Counted from the stretch's first letter, positions 19,224 through 28,714 are shown. The stretch is DNA of 64,000 nt from an uncultured delta proteobacterium (GCA_963816145.1 CAWFJP010000004.1:64001-128000); one strand, 5' to 3'. Numbers and translations are program-made. The notes: a model not told the origin generated them from the sequence alone.

Positions 19224-19345
19224 CTAGATGACTCATCAACGGCCAAAAAATATGTTTCTGTTCGACTCCTCGCTGCCTGTTGTGTCATCTTTCGGAAAGA
19301 TTGATCTCAATAGCAAGTCGGTTACGGCTGCAGCGCAATATTCTG

Positions 19346-19374
19346 TTGACTTCGCGAAGCACATTCGTTAGGTT
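19346..19374 (+). promoter_or_regulatory. Sigma70-type promoter TTGACT-N17-TAGGTT (leaderless start at GTG 19382)
   Basis: 17-nt spacer, 7 nt to GTG. Confidence 0.7.
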
Positions 19375-19381
19375 AAACGGC

Positions 19382-19678
19382 GTGGTTCTTTCAGGAATGA
19401 GAAGAGGATTTTCTATTCGCCGTCTCGTTACTGCGACGACTTTAGTATTTGTTTTCTTTCTACCATTTCATTTTCATCTTTCCGTTTCCGCGCAAATCAG
19501 TAAAGAGTGCACTTGCCTCCAAGGTGTTCGAACTCAGCTGGGTGCGATCGCGAATGTTACGGCGGTCGTCCAGCAGCTTTGGATTGCACGCGTTGCCAAT
19601 CAAGCGGTTTCTATTTGGGCCGAAGACAGATTGGAACAGCAGCATGTCCGAGGGCCACCCTTCCGAGCCTCCCTGTAG
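19382..19678 (+). CDS. RGPP leader/arrest peptide uORF 3
   Basis: 98 aa from GTG 19382 (ATG 19397 is an alternative); HFH, CTCLQG, 44 aa, RGPP. Confidence 0.8.
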   Translation: MVLSGMRRGFSIRRLVTATTLVFVFFLPFHFHLSVSAQISKECTCLQGVRTQLGAIANVTAVVQQLWIARVANQAVSIWAEDRLEQQHVRGPPFRASL

Positions 19679-19786
19679 TTCTTTGTTCGAAATCCGAATC
19701 GTAAAATAACTACGTCCGTTTCCCTTCTATTCTCACCTCTGAATCATAGGAGGGTGACGGAATGGTATTGGAGGGGGGGTAGCAAA

Positions 19787-21052
19787 ATGTTTCTATTATC
19801 AGCGAGGCTGCAACGGGTCGCGGCATTCGTTCTGGTGAGTCTATTGATTGGGTTTCCATCGGCTGCCCTGGCGCAAAGTTCGGAGTTGGAAGCGCTGCGC
19901 GCCACGGTCAAAAACATGGAGCAGCAAATGCAAAAGGCGTTGCAGCGTATCGATCAATTGGAAAAGGAAAAAACTTCGACAACCGTGCGCGTCGAGCAAG
20001 TCGAAAAATCAGTTCAGGCGGTGCAGAGCGCGCCCACAGCGCTAAACCCCTCGATGGGGCTGGTGCTTGATGCGAATGTCCAAAATCTTGGCAAAGCGGG
20101 CGGCAATTTTGATTTCCGCAGCGCCGAGCTGGGAATCGCGGCTTCGGTGGACCCATTCGCCAGAATGTACAGTTTCTTCAACGGCTCAAAGGATGGTGTG
20201 GAGGTCGATGAAGCGGCAGCGATCACTTCTTCGCTGCCATGGAACTTGACGGCCAAGGGCGGCCGATTCCTCGCCGACTTCGGGCGCTTGCCTAAAGTTC
20301 ACGAGCATGAGCTGCCGTTTGTGACTCAGCCGCTATCGATACAACGAATGGTCGGCGGTGAAACCCAGGCGGACGGCGTAGAAATGAATTATCTGTTCCC
20401 GACGCCGTTTTATCTGCGGGCCACGTTGGGAGGAATGAACAAGATCGGCGAGGATAACGATCAGGTAAGCAATTCCAAGCCGCGCTCGTGGAGCCGATTC
20501 ACCTATCTCGGCAGGCTCAACACCTATTTTGATCTAACTGATAATCAAAGCGTTGAAGTTGGCACGAGCATGGCCTATACGCCAGACCTGCGTCTGGCAG
20601 GTGATCCCAGCGGCGGCTATCGCGCGCTTAACGGCATCGATGTGACTTATCGCTACCAGCCCCTCAACAGCGCCGTTTACCAGGGTGTGACTTGGGGTAG
20701 TGAATGGTATACCAACAGCGAGCGGATACCATTTGATACCGACGCGAGTAGTTCTGCCAAACGACAACGGTCATACGGCGGCTATAGTTACGTTGAGGCG
20801 AAGCTGAACAAGAACTGGTCGACCGGATTCCAAGTCGACTACGCTCCCATGGTCGAGACCCCGGCACAGCGGACCATGAGTTACACACCTTTCGTGACCT
20901 GGAATCTCAGCGAATTTAATCGGCTGCGCTTTCAGTACAGTTACTTGAACAACAATTTTCGCGGGGCGGACAAAGCTGAAAACGGCAATCAATTTTTCCT
21001 CCAATGGACGACGGTCATCGGTGCTCATACCCATGGTTTTCTCGGTCGCTAA
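19787..21052 (+). CDS. Outer-membrane beta-barrel of the 'zinc-regulated TonB-dependent receptor/porin'-like family
   Basis: Signal peptide, N-terminal coiled coil, FNRLRFQY, C-terminal IGAHTHGF; precedes a metal ABC transporter. Confidence 0.8.
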   Translation: MFLLSARLQRVAAFVLVSLLIGFPSAALAQSSELEALRATVKNMEQQMQKALQRIDQLEKEKTSTTVRVEQVEKSVQAVQSAPTALNPSMGLVLDANVQNLGKAGGNFDFRSAELGIAASVDPFARMYSFFNGSKDGVEVDEAAAITSSLPWNLTAKGGRFLADFGRLPKVHEHELPFVTQPLSIQRMVGGETQADGVEMNYLFPTPFYLRATLGGMNKIGEDNDQVSNSKPRSWSRFTYLGRLNTYFDLTDNQSVEVGTSMAYTPDLRLAGDPSGGYRALNGIDVTYRYQPLNSAVYQGVTWGSEWYTNSERIPFDTDASSSAKRQRSYGGYSYVEAKLNKNWSTGFQVDYAPMVETPAQRTMSYTPFVTWNLSEFNRLRFQYSYLNNNFRGADKAENGNQFFLQWTTVIGAHTHGFLGR

Positions 21053-21079
21053 GGATTTTCCCAAGGGAGTCTACTTATT

Positions 21080-22009
21080 ATGATTAAAAAATTAACGCGA
21101 GGAATAAACTGGAAAACATTTCTCTTCGCTTTTACATTTCTTTCCTTACAAACGGGTTTGGTATTCGCACAGCAGATTCGTGTAGTGGCGACCTTTCCTG
21201 ATCTCGCCGACATAACCCGGCAGATCGGCAAAGAGCTGGTCACTGTGGATAGTCTGGCCACGGGAATCGAAGACCCTCACGGGGTTCCCATGAAACCGAG
21301 CTTTGTGCCTCGATTAAACAGAGCTGACGTAATAGTCCTCACGGGTTTGGATGACGAGCATTCATGGCTTCCCGCGTTACTGGAAGTGGCAGCCAATTCA
21401 AAAATTCTTCTCGGCCGTCCGGGCTACATAGATTGTTCTGTTGGAGTACCGGTGCTTGAAGCGCCGACTCTCGTGGACCGCTCGGAGGGAGATATGCACC
21501 CGAAGGGGAATCCGCACTTCATGTTAGATCCTGTCAAAGCGAAAATCGCAGCGCGGAACATCGCTTCTGGCCTTTCCCGGAATTTTCCTCAACATCAGCA
21601 GGTTTTTGACAAAAATCTCAAAGCCTATGTTGCGGAACTGGATAGTTGGATTGCACGCTGGGAAAAGCTGGCGATGCCTCTCCGGGGTATCAAATATGTA
21701 GAATATCATCCCCAATGGATATATTTCGCCGATCGATTCGGTATGAAACGGATTGGGAGTGTTGAACTGAAGCCAGGGATAGAACCAACGCCTAATCATA
21801 TCGTGGAATTGGTGCAGACAATCAAACAAGAGAAACCTCAGTTACTCCTTTACGGTGCTCAGAACCCGCGACTTCCGCAACAAATCTCAGCTGAGACAGG
21901 TATCAAGGTTCTTCGTCTTTACAGTAACGCGGGAGCGCAACCTGAGACGGATAGCTATATAAAATGGATCGATTATACTGTGCGTACTCTAGTTCAGGCG
22001 GTTAGTTAG
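21080..22009 (+). CDS. znuA: Metal ABC transporter substrate-binding protein (ZnuA/TroA family)
   Basis: EDPH, GDMHPKGNPHFMLDP, YH, ELKPGIEPT. Confidence 0.88.
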   Translation: MIKKLTRGINWKTFLFAFTFLSLQTGLVFAQQIRVVATFPDLADITRQIGKELVTVDSLATGIEDPHGVPMKPSFVPRLNRADVIVLTGLDDEHSWLPALLEVAANSKILLGRPGYIDCSVGVPVLEAPTLVDRSEGDMHPKGNPHFMLDPVKAKIAARNIASGLSRNFPQHQQVFDKNLKAYVAELDSWIARWEKLAMPLRGIKYVEYHPQWIYFADRFGMKRIGSVELKPGIEPTPNHIVELVQTIKQEKPQLLLYGAQNPRLPQQISAETGIKVLRLYSNAGAQPETDSYIKWIDYTVRTLVQAVS

Positions 22010-22011
22010 AC

Positions 22012-22746
22012 TTGATAAAACAGGATCGAGATGTCGACGCAATCGCAGGCGCCAGAGGTGAAGAGTCGGAAAAAAGCTCTTCGCCTCTGGTTTCTCTTGA
22101 AAATGTAAACCTGGGCTATGATTCCACCCCGGTGGTTCGAGACGTCAATCTCGCTATCTTTCCGGGGAGCCTCATCGGTCTGGCCGGGCCCAACGGTTCA
22201 GGCAAGACCACGCTGTTCAGAACAATTCTAGGGTTACTGCCGCCTGTTAGCGGAACTCTTTCCCGCAGTTGTCCCTTGTCAAACTTTGGCTACGTGCCGC
22301 AAAGCGCAGCGCTCGATCCGCAATTTCCGCTGAGCGCGTCAGAGGTCGTGGAGATGGGCGCCTACGGCCGTGTCCGCCCATATCAGTTTTTACCGGCGAG
22401 TGAAAAGGCGCGAGTCAAAGAAGTTTTGCAACAAATTGGCTTGCCGCAGCTCGCGGCGAGATCGTTTTTTTCTTTGTCCGGTGGCCAAAAACAACGGATG
22501 CTGATTGCGCGCGCGTTGATGGTAAATCCAAAGATCATGATTTTAGACGAGCCGCTTTCTGGAGTGGACGAAGAGTCCCGGCGCAGCATCGCCGATCTAT
22601 TAACAAAACTCACCCGCGAAAAGGGATTGGCGGTGTTTTTTTCCAGCCACGACCTTGAGATGGTGCAACGCGTGGCCGATGGTATCGTGCGCATCGATAA
22701 AGGACAGATTTGGTTGGACGAAAGAAAGGCACGACTTCATCCATGA
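22012..22746 (+). CDS. znuC: Metal ABC transporter ATP-binding protein
   Basis: GPNGSGKTT, GYVPQ, LSGGQKQR, ILDEPLSGVD, SHD. Confidence 0.88.
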   Translation: MIKQDRDVDAIAGARGEESEKSSSPLVSLENVNLGYDSTPVVRDVNLAIFPGSLIGLAGPNGSGKTTLFRTILGLLPPVSGTLSRSCPLSNFGYVPQSAALDPQFPLSASEVVEMGAYGRVRPYQFLPASEKARVKEVLQQIGLPQLAARSFFSLSGGQKQRMLIARALMVNPKIMILDEPLSGVDEESRRSIADLLTKLTREKGLAVFFSSHDLEMVQRVADGIVRIDKGQIWLDERKARLHP

Positions 22747-24188
22747 GCGCTCTATTTGAAATCATAAGCCCCTCATATTTGCTCTTTCCAGCACTCGTGG
22801 GCACGATGATCATGGGCTTGGTTTGTCCACTGGTGGGATCGTTCCTGGTTCTTAGACGCACGGTGTTTCTTGGATTAACCCTTCCGGAAATTGCTGCCGC
22901 TGGAGTCGCTTTTACGTTCTGGATGCAGCAGGCGGGCCTCTTGCCACAGATGGGACAAAGCGAAAGAGGTGTTGCGATGGTGGGGTCGCTCGTCTTTACG
23001 TTCCTCGGCATGGGGCTGCTCGGTTATCTGGAGCAGCGCGGCAAAGGCCCAGCGGAAGGCCGCCTCGCCGCGGCATACGCATTTGCCGGCGCTCTAACGA
23101 TCTTGTTCATGGTTTTTAATCCCGCGGGTCAGATAGAAGTTCTCAATCTACTGAAGGGTGAAGTGATCGCACTATCCAAAGGAGAACTGCGACTTGTAGT
23201 TGCAGTGTTTGGCTTAGTTTTATTGGCGATGGTTTTCTTCCGCCGTGAGTTTCTTCTGACTTCTTTCGATCGGGACTTAGCATTCTTGCTCAAAGGCCGC
23301 CAAGTGATTTGGGACATATTGCTTTATCTTCTTGCCGGCTTAATCATCGCCGTCGGGGTGATCATCGCGGGACCGCTGCTGATTTTCGGATTCCTGGTCT
23401 TGCCGGCGCTGGCAGCTAAACCTTTGGTCCACCGGATGAGTTCTTTCCTTATGCTTTCTTCAGCGTTGGGTATGATGATGGCATTTTTCGGTTTTTACAG
23501 CTCCGTCAGGTTGGATCTTCCTTTAGGACCAACAGACGTGGCTCTGGGATGCTGCCTGATCTTTCTGGCGTACGGAATCCGGCGGATTTCAACCAGAGGT
23601 TTTGCGGCAACGATCCTGACATGCGTTGCTATTTCCGTTTCCGCTTGCAGCACGCCAGTCCCTCCACCACCCATTCCTGAGGCTAAAGCGATTCATGCAG
23701 ATCTAGTCTGGTTGGCCAAGGTCAAAAATAGCACTGCGTTGCCGCTGATATTGCCGGAGTCCAATCCGCTGCGATCGTTGGCCGAAATGGCCGGCAAGCT
23801 TGCCCCCGAGACACGCGCCAACGTGATGGATTTGCTGCGTCAAAATCTCCAAACTGAACTCGCGCAACAAGGCTTCCAGATTTTTCTACCTGAGGCCAAG
23901 GATGTGCGCTTTCCGCCGTTTGCCGCCGACGCCGTTAGCGCCGCCCGGGTGGCGCGCGAGGGGAATCTTTCGGGGTTGATTTTCGTCTGTGAGATTTGGC
24001 GCTGGGAAGGCGAAACGCAAAAGTTCGTGCGCGCTCTGGTCGATTTCAAACTCGTCCGCATCGATGACGGCACCGTCGTCTGGGAGCGCCGCGTGCAACG
24101 CGCGGTTCCCACCCCGAGCGCGACCAATCTCGGTCAGGCATCGACCGATGCCGTAAAGGCAATTATCCACGACTTATTCGCGGGATGA
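22743..24188 (+). CDS. znuB: Metal ABC permease (ABC-3) fused to a C-terminal lipoprotein-like domain
   Basis: ~280-aa ABC-3 permease (LVGSFLVLRR, SFDRDLA, FLVLPALAA), then RR..R-hydrophobic-VSAC and a ~180-aa soluble domain. Confidence 0.85.
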   Translation: MSALFEIISPSYLLFPALVGTMIMGLVCPLVGSFLVLRRTVFLGLTLPEIAAAGVAFTFWMQQAGLLPQMGQSERGVAMVGSLVFTFLGMGLLGYLEQRGKGPAEGRLAAAYAFAGALTILFMVFNPAGQIEVLNLLKGEVIALSKGELRLVVAVFGLVLLAMVFFRREFLLTSFDRDLAFLLKGRQVIWDILLYLLAGLIIAVGVIIAGPLLIFGFLVLPALAAKPLVHRMSSFLMLSSALGMMMAFFGFYSSVRLDLPLGPTDVALGCCLIFLAYGIRRISTRGFAATILTCVAISVSACSTPVPPPPIPEAKAIHADLVWLAKVKNSTALPLILPESNPLRSLAEMAGKLAPETRANVMDLLRQNLQTELAQQGFQIFLPEAKDVRFPPFAADAVSAARVAREGNLSGLIFVCEIWRWEGETQKFVRALVDFKLVRIDDGTVVWERRVQRAVPTPSATNLGQASTDAVKAIIHDLFAG

Positions 24189-24200
24189 AAAGAGGATGTC

Positions 24201-24950
24201 ACGTCTGCTACATGGATTTATAGCCTCGCCAGCGTTGTTTTGGTGAGTCTGCTGTCGCTTGTCGGTATCGCTTTTATCTCACTGAGCGAATTGCGTTTGA
24301 AGCAGCTGATATTCGCCATGGTTAGCCTCGCTGTCGGCAGTTTGTTCGGCGACGCATTCATCCATCTGTTGCCCAAGTCATTTGAGCAGAGGCCGGAGAA
24401 GATGCAAGTGTCGCTCTCAATTCTTGCCGGAATCTTTACATTTTTTATTTTGGAAAAATTTCTTCTTTGGCGTCACAAGCACGTGCTGGAATCCGAGCAT
24501 GCGATCCACCCCGTCGGGTACATGAATCTACTGGCAGACGGCGTGCACAACTTTATTGACGGCGCGATTATCGGAGCGTCTTATCTGGTCAGCTATCAGA
24601 TTGGCGTGGCGACTACCCTGGCGGTGATTTTTCACGAGATCCCGCATGAGCTCGGAAACTTCTTCGTTTTGCTCTATGCCGGATTCACCAAGACGAAAGC
24701 GCTCTTGTTCAACTTTATATCGGCATTGTTCGCGATTTTGGGAACTGTAATTTCGTTGTCCGTCGGTTCTCGGGTGCAACAATTTGCTTCGCTGATGCTG
24801 CCGATCGCCGCCGGCGGTTTTATTTACATCGCCGGTTCCGATCTAGTTCCCGAGCTGAATAAAGAGGTGCAACTATCCAAATCGATCATGCAGATGATCG
24901 CTATAGGAACCGGCGTTGGATTAATGCTGTTATTGACGCTGCTGGAATGA
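24201..24950 (+). CDS. ZIP family metal transporter (no canonical start before TTG 24240; ACG 24201 suspected)
   Basis: GDAFIHLLP, DGVHNFIDG, HEIPHELG, AGGFIYIAGSDLVPEL. Confidence 0.88.
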   Translation, partial: TSATWIYSLASVVLVSLLSLVGIAFISLSELRLKQLIFAMVSLAVGSLFGDAFIHLLPKSFEQRPEKMQVSLSILAGIFTFFILEKFLLWRHKHVLESEHAIHPVGYMNLLADGVHNFIDGAIIGASYLVSYQIGVATTLAVIFHEIPHELGNFFVLLYAGFTKTKALLFNFISALFAILGTVISLSVGSRVQQFASLMLPIAAGGFIYIAGSDLVPELNKEVQLSKSIMQMIAIGTGVGLMLLLTLLE

Positions 24951-24962
24951 GGTTATCGCACT

Positions 24963-25586
24963 ATGGCTCACCGTCGTCCTCCGCTTATGCGCGCATTGCA
25001 GCTCAATACCGCGGTTCTGGTCGTAGAGATCGCCGCCGGAATTGGCTCTAACAGTTTTAGCCTCATCATGGATGGCATCCATAATCTTTCCGACGAAGTC
25101 GCGCTTGTGCTGCTGGTGCTAGCCTATAGTCTTAGAGCGGGTCTTTCAGGCAAGCTGTTGCGCTACGCAAACCTGTTCAACTCAGTCGGACTTTTAGCGA
25201 TCTCGGTCTTCCTGACCTTGCGTGTTGTTGAGCGCCTGTCTTACCCCGTCGAAGTGGTCGGCGTTGTCCCGATCATAGCCGGTTTGATCGGAGCAGCAGC
25301 CAACTGGGGCGTCGCTCGCGTGTTGCGCGAAGCCGCCAAAGAGGACGTGGCCATTCGTCTAGCTTACGTCCACAATCTCGGCGACACTTTGGTTTCGCTC
25401 ATTCCGGTAGCAGCTGGCATTTTCATTTTTGCCTCGGGAAATTTTCTATTTGACTCGTTGTTCGCCTTGCTGATTGCCGCCGTTGTGGTGGTTACGACGC
25501 TGCAAGCCGTCGTGGGGTCCCACCAAGAGCTGCTGTGGCCGGAGAATGTTTCGTGCGGGCATGCGGAAGTTGATCTAAAGATTTGA
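24963..25586 (+). CDS. Cation diffusion facilitator, membrane domain only
   Basis: DGIHNLSD (TM2) and AYVHNLGD (TM5) HxxxD motifs; no C-terminal domain. Confidence 0.85.
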   Translation: MAHRRPPLMRALQLNTAVLVVEIAAGIGSNSFSLIMDGIHNLSDEVALVLLVLAYSLRAGLSGKLLRYANLFNSVGLLAISVFLTLRVVERLSYPVEVVGVVPIIAGLIGAAANWGVARVLREAAKEDVAIRLAYVHNLGDTLVSLIPVAAGIFIFASGNFLFDSLFALLIAAVVVVTTLQAVVGSHQELLWPENVSCGHAEVDLKI

Positions 25587-25657
25587 CCAAAATTCGCCGC
25601 TGATTTTCCAAACCTGGGTGGGGCTACCGCCCGGGCAGATTCTCCTTGGTCCAAGGG

Positions 25658-26437
25658 TCACGGCGTTCTTCGTGAAGCAAAGATAAGGGATACGCCGACG
25701 ACGAAAAAGGGAATACTGAGAATTTGCCCCATGTCCAACGGCAGTCGGCTCTCGAATGGCACCTGATTCTCTTTGACCATTTCGATTAGGAAACGCGCGA
25801 GAAAAGCTGCCGTTGTCACCGTGCCGACGACTCTGCCGGGGAATTGCGTGATCGTGGTTCTCCGATAGGTGGTATTGAGAAGGCAAAAGATAACCAAGTA
25901 CGCGAGCGCTTCGTAAAGCATCGCAGGATGCCGAGGAATGCTGTCAACACGCGCGAAAACCAGGGCCCACGGCAAGATTGACGGCGTGCCGATAATCTCC
26001 GAATTGAAAAAATTGCCGACTCTGATCAATGCGCCCGCCAACAAACAAGGTAGGGAGAGACGATCCGCAAGCTCGATGAAACTCATGTCGCGGTGTTTTC
26101 TGAGGTAAAAATAGAGCGCGATAATGACGCCGGCGAAACCGCCATGGCTGGCGAGACCACCGTGCCAGAGCATCGGAATCTCCCATGGGTGTGACAGGAA
26201 ATAGTCGGGCTGATAGAAAAGGACGTGACCCAGTCGGGCGCCGATGATCGTACCGAGCATCAAATAGAGAAATAGCTCGGATAAATTCTCGAGTGAGCGC
26301 TGTTCCCGGCGGTAAATCTGCGCCATGACCTCGTAGCCGAGGAAAAATCCGAGCGCGAAAAATAGACCATACCAACGAATTTCGACTGGGCCGAGGCGAA
26401 ATATCGCCGGATCTATGTTCCATACCCAATGTCGCAT
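25658..26437 (-). CDS. lgt: Prolipoprotein diacylglyceryl transferase
   Basis: IRWYG, IGARLGHVLFY, GLASHGG, RVGNFFNSE, RHPAMLYE, MGQILSIPF. Confidence 0.95.
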   Translation of the reverse strand: MRHWVWNIDPAIFRLGPVEIRWYGLFFALGFFLGYEVMAQIYRREQRSLENLSELFLYLMLGTIIGARLGHVLFYQPDYFLSHPWEIPMLWHGGLASHGGFAGVIIALYFYLRKHRDMSFIELADRLSLPCLLAGALIRVGNFFNSEIIGTPSILPWALVFARVDSIPRHPAMLYEALAYLVIFCLLNTTYRRTTITQFPGRVVGTVTTAAFLARFLIEMVKENQVPFESRLPLDMGQILSIPFFVVGVSLIFASRRTP

Positions 26438-26546
26438 CAGCGATGTCACGCTAGCAGGTTTCGTCGATTATTGAAGATCGCGCCCGGTTGTCCGCGATCC
26501 TTGAGATAGCTTTTGCTACTCCAAAAGCTTTGCTATAGTCGCACCC

Positions 26547-27719
26547 ATGTCGTCAATCCTGATCAAAAACATCGGCGCCCTGGTCACTGGCAAGTTGGCC
26601 GGTCCGCTCCGGCAGGCTGATTCGATTTTTATTAAAGATGGTTTGGTTCAAGCGATCGGCACCGGTTTAAGTCAAGCTGCCGACCAGACGATCGACGCCA
26701 ACGGCATCACCGCCATCCCCGGTTTGATCGATTCGCATTCCCATCCATCGATCGGCGAGTACACGCCGGCGCAGAATACGCTGGGTTGGATCACTAACTA
26801 TATGCATGGCGGCGTGACTGCGTTGATCTCCGCCGGCGAATTGCATCTCCCCGGACTGCCGCTGCCGCCCGACGCGCGCACGGCGCTGTCGGTCGCTGTG
26901 GTGACGAAGAAATGTTACGACAATCTGCGACCGTCGGGCGTCAAGGTGCATGCCGGCACCTTGCTGTTGGTTCCAGGTTTGTCGGAAAAAGATTTCGACG
27001 AGATTCACGCGCTCGGCATCAAGCTGGTCAAGTTTATTTTTTACGATTACAGCTTGCTGCCCAACGGCGAAGCGAATCGTTATGTCGATTGGGCGCATGC
27101 TCGGGGTATCAAGGTTAAAATTCATTCCGGCGGCGTGTCGCGTTCGGGCGTCAGCCAGGTGGCCGGCTTCGACATGGTGCAAAAGATCAAACCCGACATC
27201 ATCGGCCATATCACCGGCGGGCCGATTCCGATGCCGGAACAGGACATGATCCGCATCGCCAACGAGACCGAATGCTTCATGGAAATCTGCACCTCGGGAA
27301 ATTATCGCTTGGCTTTGAGCCTGGCGCGAGTTGTAAAAGTGAACGGCCGTTATGACCGGGTGTTGATCGGTACCGACACGCCAGGCGGCACCGGCATCGT
27401 GCCGCGCGGCATTTTGCGTGAGATCGCTTTTCTTTCTTCCGTGGGCGAGATCGCGCCGGAGAATGCCATCTGCATGGCTACCGGCAACGTCGGCCGCGCC
27501 CATGATTTGAATCTGGGCATCCTAGAAGAGGGGCGGCCCGCCGATATCGTCTTGCTGCACAAGATCACCGGCTCGGTTTCCAAGGACGCGCTCGATTCCT
27601 TTGCCAAAGGCGATTTGCCGGGGATTTCCTATGTGATTATCGACGGGGTCGTCCAGGTGGCAGGACGCAGCCAGCAAACGCCGCCGCCGGAGCGAGCGGC
27701 CAGCGAAAGTTGTTGTTAA
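26547..27719 (+). CDS. Metal-dependent amidohydrolase (enamidase-like)
   Basis: PGLIDSHSH, GTDTPGGTG, GRPADIV. Confidence 0.85.
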   Translation: MSSILIKNIGALVTGKLAGPLRQADSIFIKDGLVQAIGTGLSQAADQTIDANGITAIPGLIDSHSHPSIGEYTPAQNTLGWITNYMHGGVTALISAGELHLPGLPLPPDARTALSVAVVTKKCYDNLRPSGVKVHAGTLLLVPGLSEKDFDEIHALGIKLVKFIFYDYSLLPNGEANRYVDWAHARGIKVKIHSGGVSRSGVSQVAGFDMVQKIKPDIIGHITGGPIPMPEQDMIRIANETECFMEICTSGNYRLALSLARVVKVNGRYDRVLIGTDTPGGTGIVPRGILREIAFLSSVGEIAPENAICMATGNVGRAHDLNLGILEEGRPADIVLLHKITGSVSKDALDSFAKGDLPGISYVIIDGVVQVAGRSQQTPPPERAASESCC

Positions 27720-27732
27720 AGGGGAGTCGATC

Positions 27733-28714
27733 GTGAGCCAATTCGAATTCGGCGTTGGGCTTTTTCCCACCGAGCCGCTGCAAAAGATGATTCACCTGGC
27801 CAAGGTAAGTGAAGAGGTGGGGTTTAGCCACATTTGGGTGGGCGACTCCCACTTAATCTGGCGCGAGGCTTACATCAATATGGCGGCGATGATGCTCAAC
27901 ACGACCAAAGTGAAGTTGGGCACCGGTGTCACCAACCCGTTGACGCGCCATCCCTCGGTGGTCGCTAGCGGCTATGCGACTTTGGAAGAATATTCACCCG
28001 GCCGCATGATCGTCGGCATTGGCTTGGGCGACAGCTCGGTGGAAACCATGGGCATGAAGCCGTCGACGTTGGCCAACTTCGAAAAATCTCTACAGCAAAT
28101 GCGCGAGTTGTTCGCCGGCAAGGAAGCCGAACTGCCGACCGGCAGGATTCATCTGCTCCATCCATGCAAAAACAAAGTTCCGATATACGTCGCCGCCAGC
28201 GGGCCGAAGATGTTGGAACTCTGCGGGCGCATCGCCGATGGCATCATCGTTCTGGTGGGTGTCGCAGACGATTACATCGCCCATGCCAAGGAGAAGATCG
28301 CCGCGGGCGCCAAAGCCGCAGGACGAAAGTTGGACGATATTAATCTCGTTCTTGTGGGTTCCCTGCGCGGTTTCCGAAACGGCGAATGCGAAAGACGCAG
28401 TCAAAGCCCATGTCGCGCGCGTGGTTGCCCATCCGCTGCCTTACGTGCTCGATCCCAATGAACAGAAGGTTCTTGAAGAGATCCGCAAAACCTACGACTA
28501 CTACCATCATATGGATCAGCAGGCGAACCACGCCGAGGTGATTCCCGACTGGCTGGTCGACAAGTTCGCCATCGCCGGCACGGCGGCGGAATGCAAAGCG
28601 CAGATCGAGCGCATCAAGAAAACCGGCATCCAGCAAATCGCCATCATTCCCTACAGCCCGCCAGGCGGCAGCCGGGAAGAGACCATTCGCGGCTTTGCCA
28701 AGGCCATGGGCTAG
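27733..28714 (+). pseudogene. LLM-class flavin/F420-dependent oxidoreductase with a frameshift near 28350
   Basis: GTGVTNPLTRHP, VAASGPKML; one extra base in GTT-C-TTG-TGG moves the C-terminus (LWVPCAVS...) into another frame. Confidence 0.8.

Noticed and set aside
19280-19381. Longer 132-aa version of uORF3 from TTG 19280
   Set aside because: It would run through its own promoter; GTG 19382 gives 98 aa, matching both paralogs.
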